Assembly (NCBI RefSeq): GCF_050920415.1
Contig: NZ_CP169309.1
Direction: 5' to 3' (one strand)
Source: Escherichia coli
Lineage (GTDB): Bacteria > Pseudomonadota > Gammaproteobacteria > Enterobacterales > Enterobacteriaceae
DNA length: 64,000 nt
The position numbers and the translations under genes are program-made. The notes under the pieces are model-generated. The model did no database searches and had not been told where the DNA came from. It was given only the letters and a program-made list of their open reading frames with translations. Below are positions 62,384 through 64,000 of the stretch, piece after piece; the stretch's first letter is position 1, and each line of letters starts with the position of its first letter.

Positions 62384-63817
62384 CTAATTATTCTGATAAA
62401 TATCTTTATACAAACGGCTTTCAAAACGCACTAACGGAATGCGGCGATTACGCTGAGCCGCGGGTTCTACCGCATAGCCAGAAAGATATTGTACAAACGC
62501 CATTCGTTGCCCGCTCGCTGTGGTAATGAATCCCGCCAGGTTATATACCCCCTGCAAAGAACCGGTTTTTGCTGAGACCTTTCCGTCCACGCCAGCCTGA
62601 TGCAGGCCCGCACGGTACTGCAAAGAGCCGTCATAGCCTGCCAGCGGCAGCATAGAGATAAAGTTAAGTTCATTGTCATGTTGGGCAATGTATTGCAGCA
62701 CCTGCATCATGGTGGCAGGTGCAATCAGGTTATGCCGCGAAAGCCCTGAACCATCGGCAATAATCGTGTTACCAATATCGATACCAGCTTGCTGACGCAG
62801 GATCTGACGTACGGCATCCGATCCGGCCCGCCATGTTCCGGGCACATTGAAGCGCGCATGGCCTATCATGCGGAAAACCGTATCGGCAATCATGTTGTCT
62901 GACTTTTTCAGCATAATCTTAAGCAGATCGTGCAACGGGGCCGACTGTTTACTGGCAACTACCGTTCCGGGTTCATTAACCTGAGTCTGGCGCAGTAGTG
63001 TTCCGCTCCAGGTGATACCTGCCTGTTTTAACTCATCTTTCAGAATTGCACCGGCATAGCTGGCTCCATCCTGTATGGCAAAAGCCAACGGGAGCGGCTC
63101 AGAACGTTGTGGCAGGCATCCGGTCAGCGTAAAGCGGTTCAGGTCGCCTGGCACCACATCCAGCTCGCAATATTGCGCTTCGGCAGAACCACGGGGGAGG
63201 GTGCGTACCTGGCTGAACATCGTAACAGGGTAATAAGATGCCACGCGTATAAAGGCCATATCACCGGGTTTTTGGGCACTGTAGAGCGAGACGGAGAAAC
63301 AGTTGCGGTCAACTATGGCGGCGGCAGGCGGAGCGCTAAAGCATTGTGTCATGTCATTCCACGGCCAGCCGGGGGCTTTATCGTGGCTGGCAAAAATGGA
63401 GGTGTCTATCAACACATTACCATCAATTTGGTTGACGCCAGATTTTTTCAAAGTCGTGACCATATTGCGAATATCCTGACGTTTTAACGTCGGATCGGCA
63501 CCAAATCGCGCCACTAAGTCACCCTTGAGTACGCCGTTTTCCACATTGCCTTTGGTTTCAAGCGTAGTGGTAAAACGAAAATCGGGGCCGAGTTGAATCA
63601 ACGCCGCCAGCGCAGTAATCACTTTCTGCGTACTCGCGGGCAACGCCATCTGCTGGCTGTGGTAATCAATAGCGGGGGCCGACGCGCCGACTTTTTGCAC
63701 CATCAGGGCAAGGTTGGCACCAGCGGGAAGTTGAGTAATGTACTCATCAACATTTGCGGCCTGAACACTGAACGCTATACAGCTGGTCAATCCGATGATA
63801 AATCTGGAAAATCGCAT
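62384..63817 (-). CDS. dacB: D-alanyl-D-alanine carboxypeptidase/endopeptidase PBP4
   Basis: 477-aa ORF with signal peptide MRFSRFIIGLTSCIAFSVQA and SxxK active site (STQK). Confidence 0.96.
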   Translation of the reverse strand: MRFSRFIIGLTSCIAFSVQAANVDEYITQLPAGANLALMVQKVGASAPAIDYHSQQMALPASTQKVITALAALIQLGPDFRFTTTLETKGNVENGVLKGDLVARFGADPTLKRQDIRNMVTTLKKSGVNQIDGNVLIDTSIFASHDKAPGWPWNDMTQCFSAPPAAAIVDRNCFSVSLYSAQKPGDMAFIRVASYYPVTMFSQVRTLPRGSAEAQYCELDVVPGDLNRFTLTGCLPQRSEPLPLAFAIQDGASYAGAILKDELKQAGITWSGTLLRQTQVNEPGTVVASKQSAPLHDLLKIMLKKSDNMIADTVFRMIGHARFNVPGTWRAGSDAVRQILRQQAGIDIGNTIIADGSGLSRHNLIAPATMMQVLQYIAQHDNELNFISMLPLAGYDGSLQYRAGLHQAGVDGKVSAKTGSLQGVYNLAGFITTASGQRMAFVQYLSGYAVEPAAQRNRRIPLVRFESRLYKDIYQNN

Positions 63818-63905
63818 AATCTCGCGCTAACAACCTGGAATCGAGCCGTCATACTACGGCGCAACGCCCTATAAAGTAAACGATGACCCTTCGGGAACTT
63901 CAGGG

Positions 63906-63970
63906 TAAAATGACTATCAAAATGTGAATTGTAGCTGACCTGGGACTTGTACCCGGGTCGGTATTTTTTT
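63906..63970 (+). ncRNA. Putative greA leader with intrinsic terminator (GraL-like short transcript)
   Basis: TAAAAT -10-like hexamer at 63906-63911; hairpin GACCTGGG-ACTTGTA-CCCGGGTC followed by T7 at 63964-63970, divergent from dacB, upstream of the expected greA start beyond the window. Confidence 0.4.
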
Positions 63971-64000
63971 GCTTCTGGTCCCGGTGAGGAGTTATGCCGG

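Noticed and set aside
63994-64000. ATG at 63994 as the greA start codon
   Set aside because: The following codons (ATG CCG G...) do not match the conserved GreA N-terminus and the spacing to GAGGAG is too short; the true start is probably beyond the window.

Overview
The window reads as an enterobacterial (Escherichia coli-like) chromosomal segment running from the 3' end of yhdP through tldD, aaeRXAB, argR, mdh, degSQ, rplM-rpsI, sspAB, dcuD, the nanR/nanATEK-nanQ sialic acid locus, yhcG, gltBD, yhcC, arcB, the rpoN/lpt/kds/mla cluster, murA, ispB, rplU-rpmA, yhbE, obgE and dacB. Genes were identified by recognising the translated ORFs and their conserved order; no database search was run. 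The main non-core element is a GC-richer ~7.4 kb block (24636-32076, minus strand) between yhcG and gltD. It carries a tightly coupled five-gene operon: a SWIM zinc-finger protein, an unknown 534-aa protein, a MoxR-type AAA+ ATPase, a 749-aa protein with TraB/TIKI-like N-terminal motifs, and a vWA (MIDAS) protein. It resembles the uncharacterised yehL-yehM-yehP-yehQ module of E. coli K-12 but sits at a different locus, and is the best candidate for an undescribed system. Other points: aaeB carries a frameshift near 4327; yhcG contains three in-frame tandem 39-bp palindromic repeats with a fourth copy just downstream; ArcZ sRNA overlaps the arcB 3' end; REP elements, a NanR operator and ARG boxes are present. 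No tRNA, rRNA, CRISPR array, transposase or integrase was seen.
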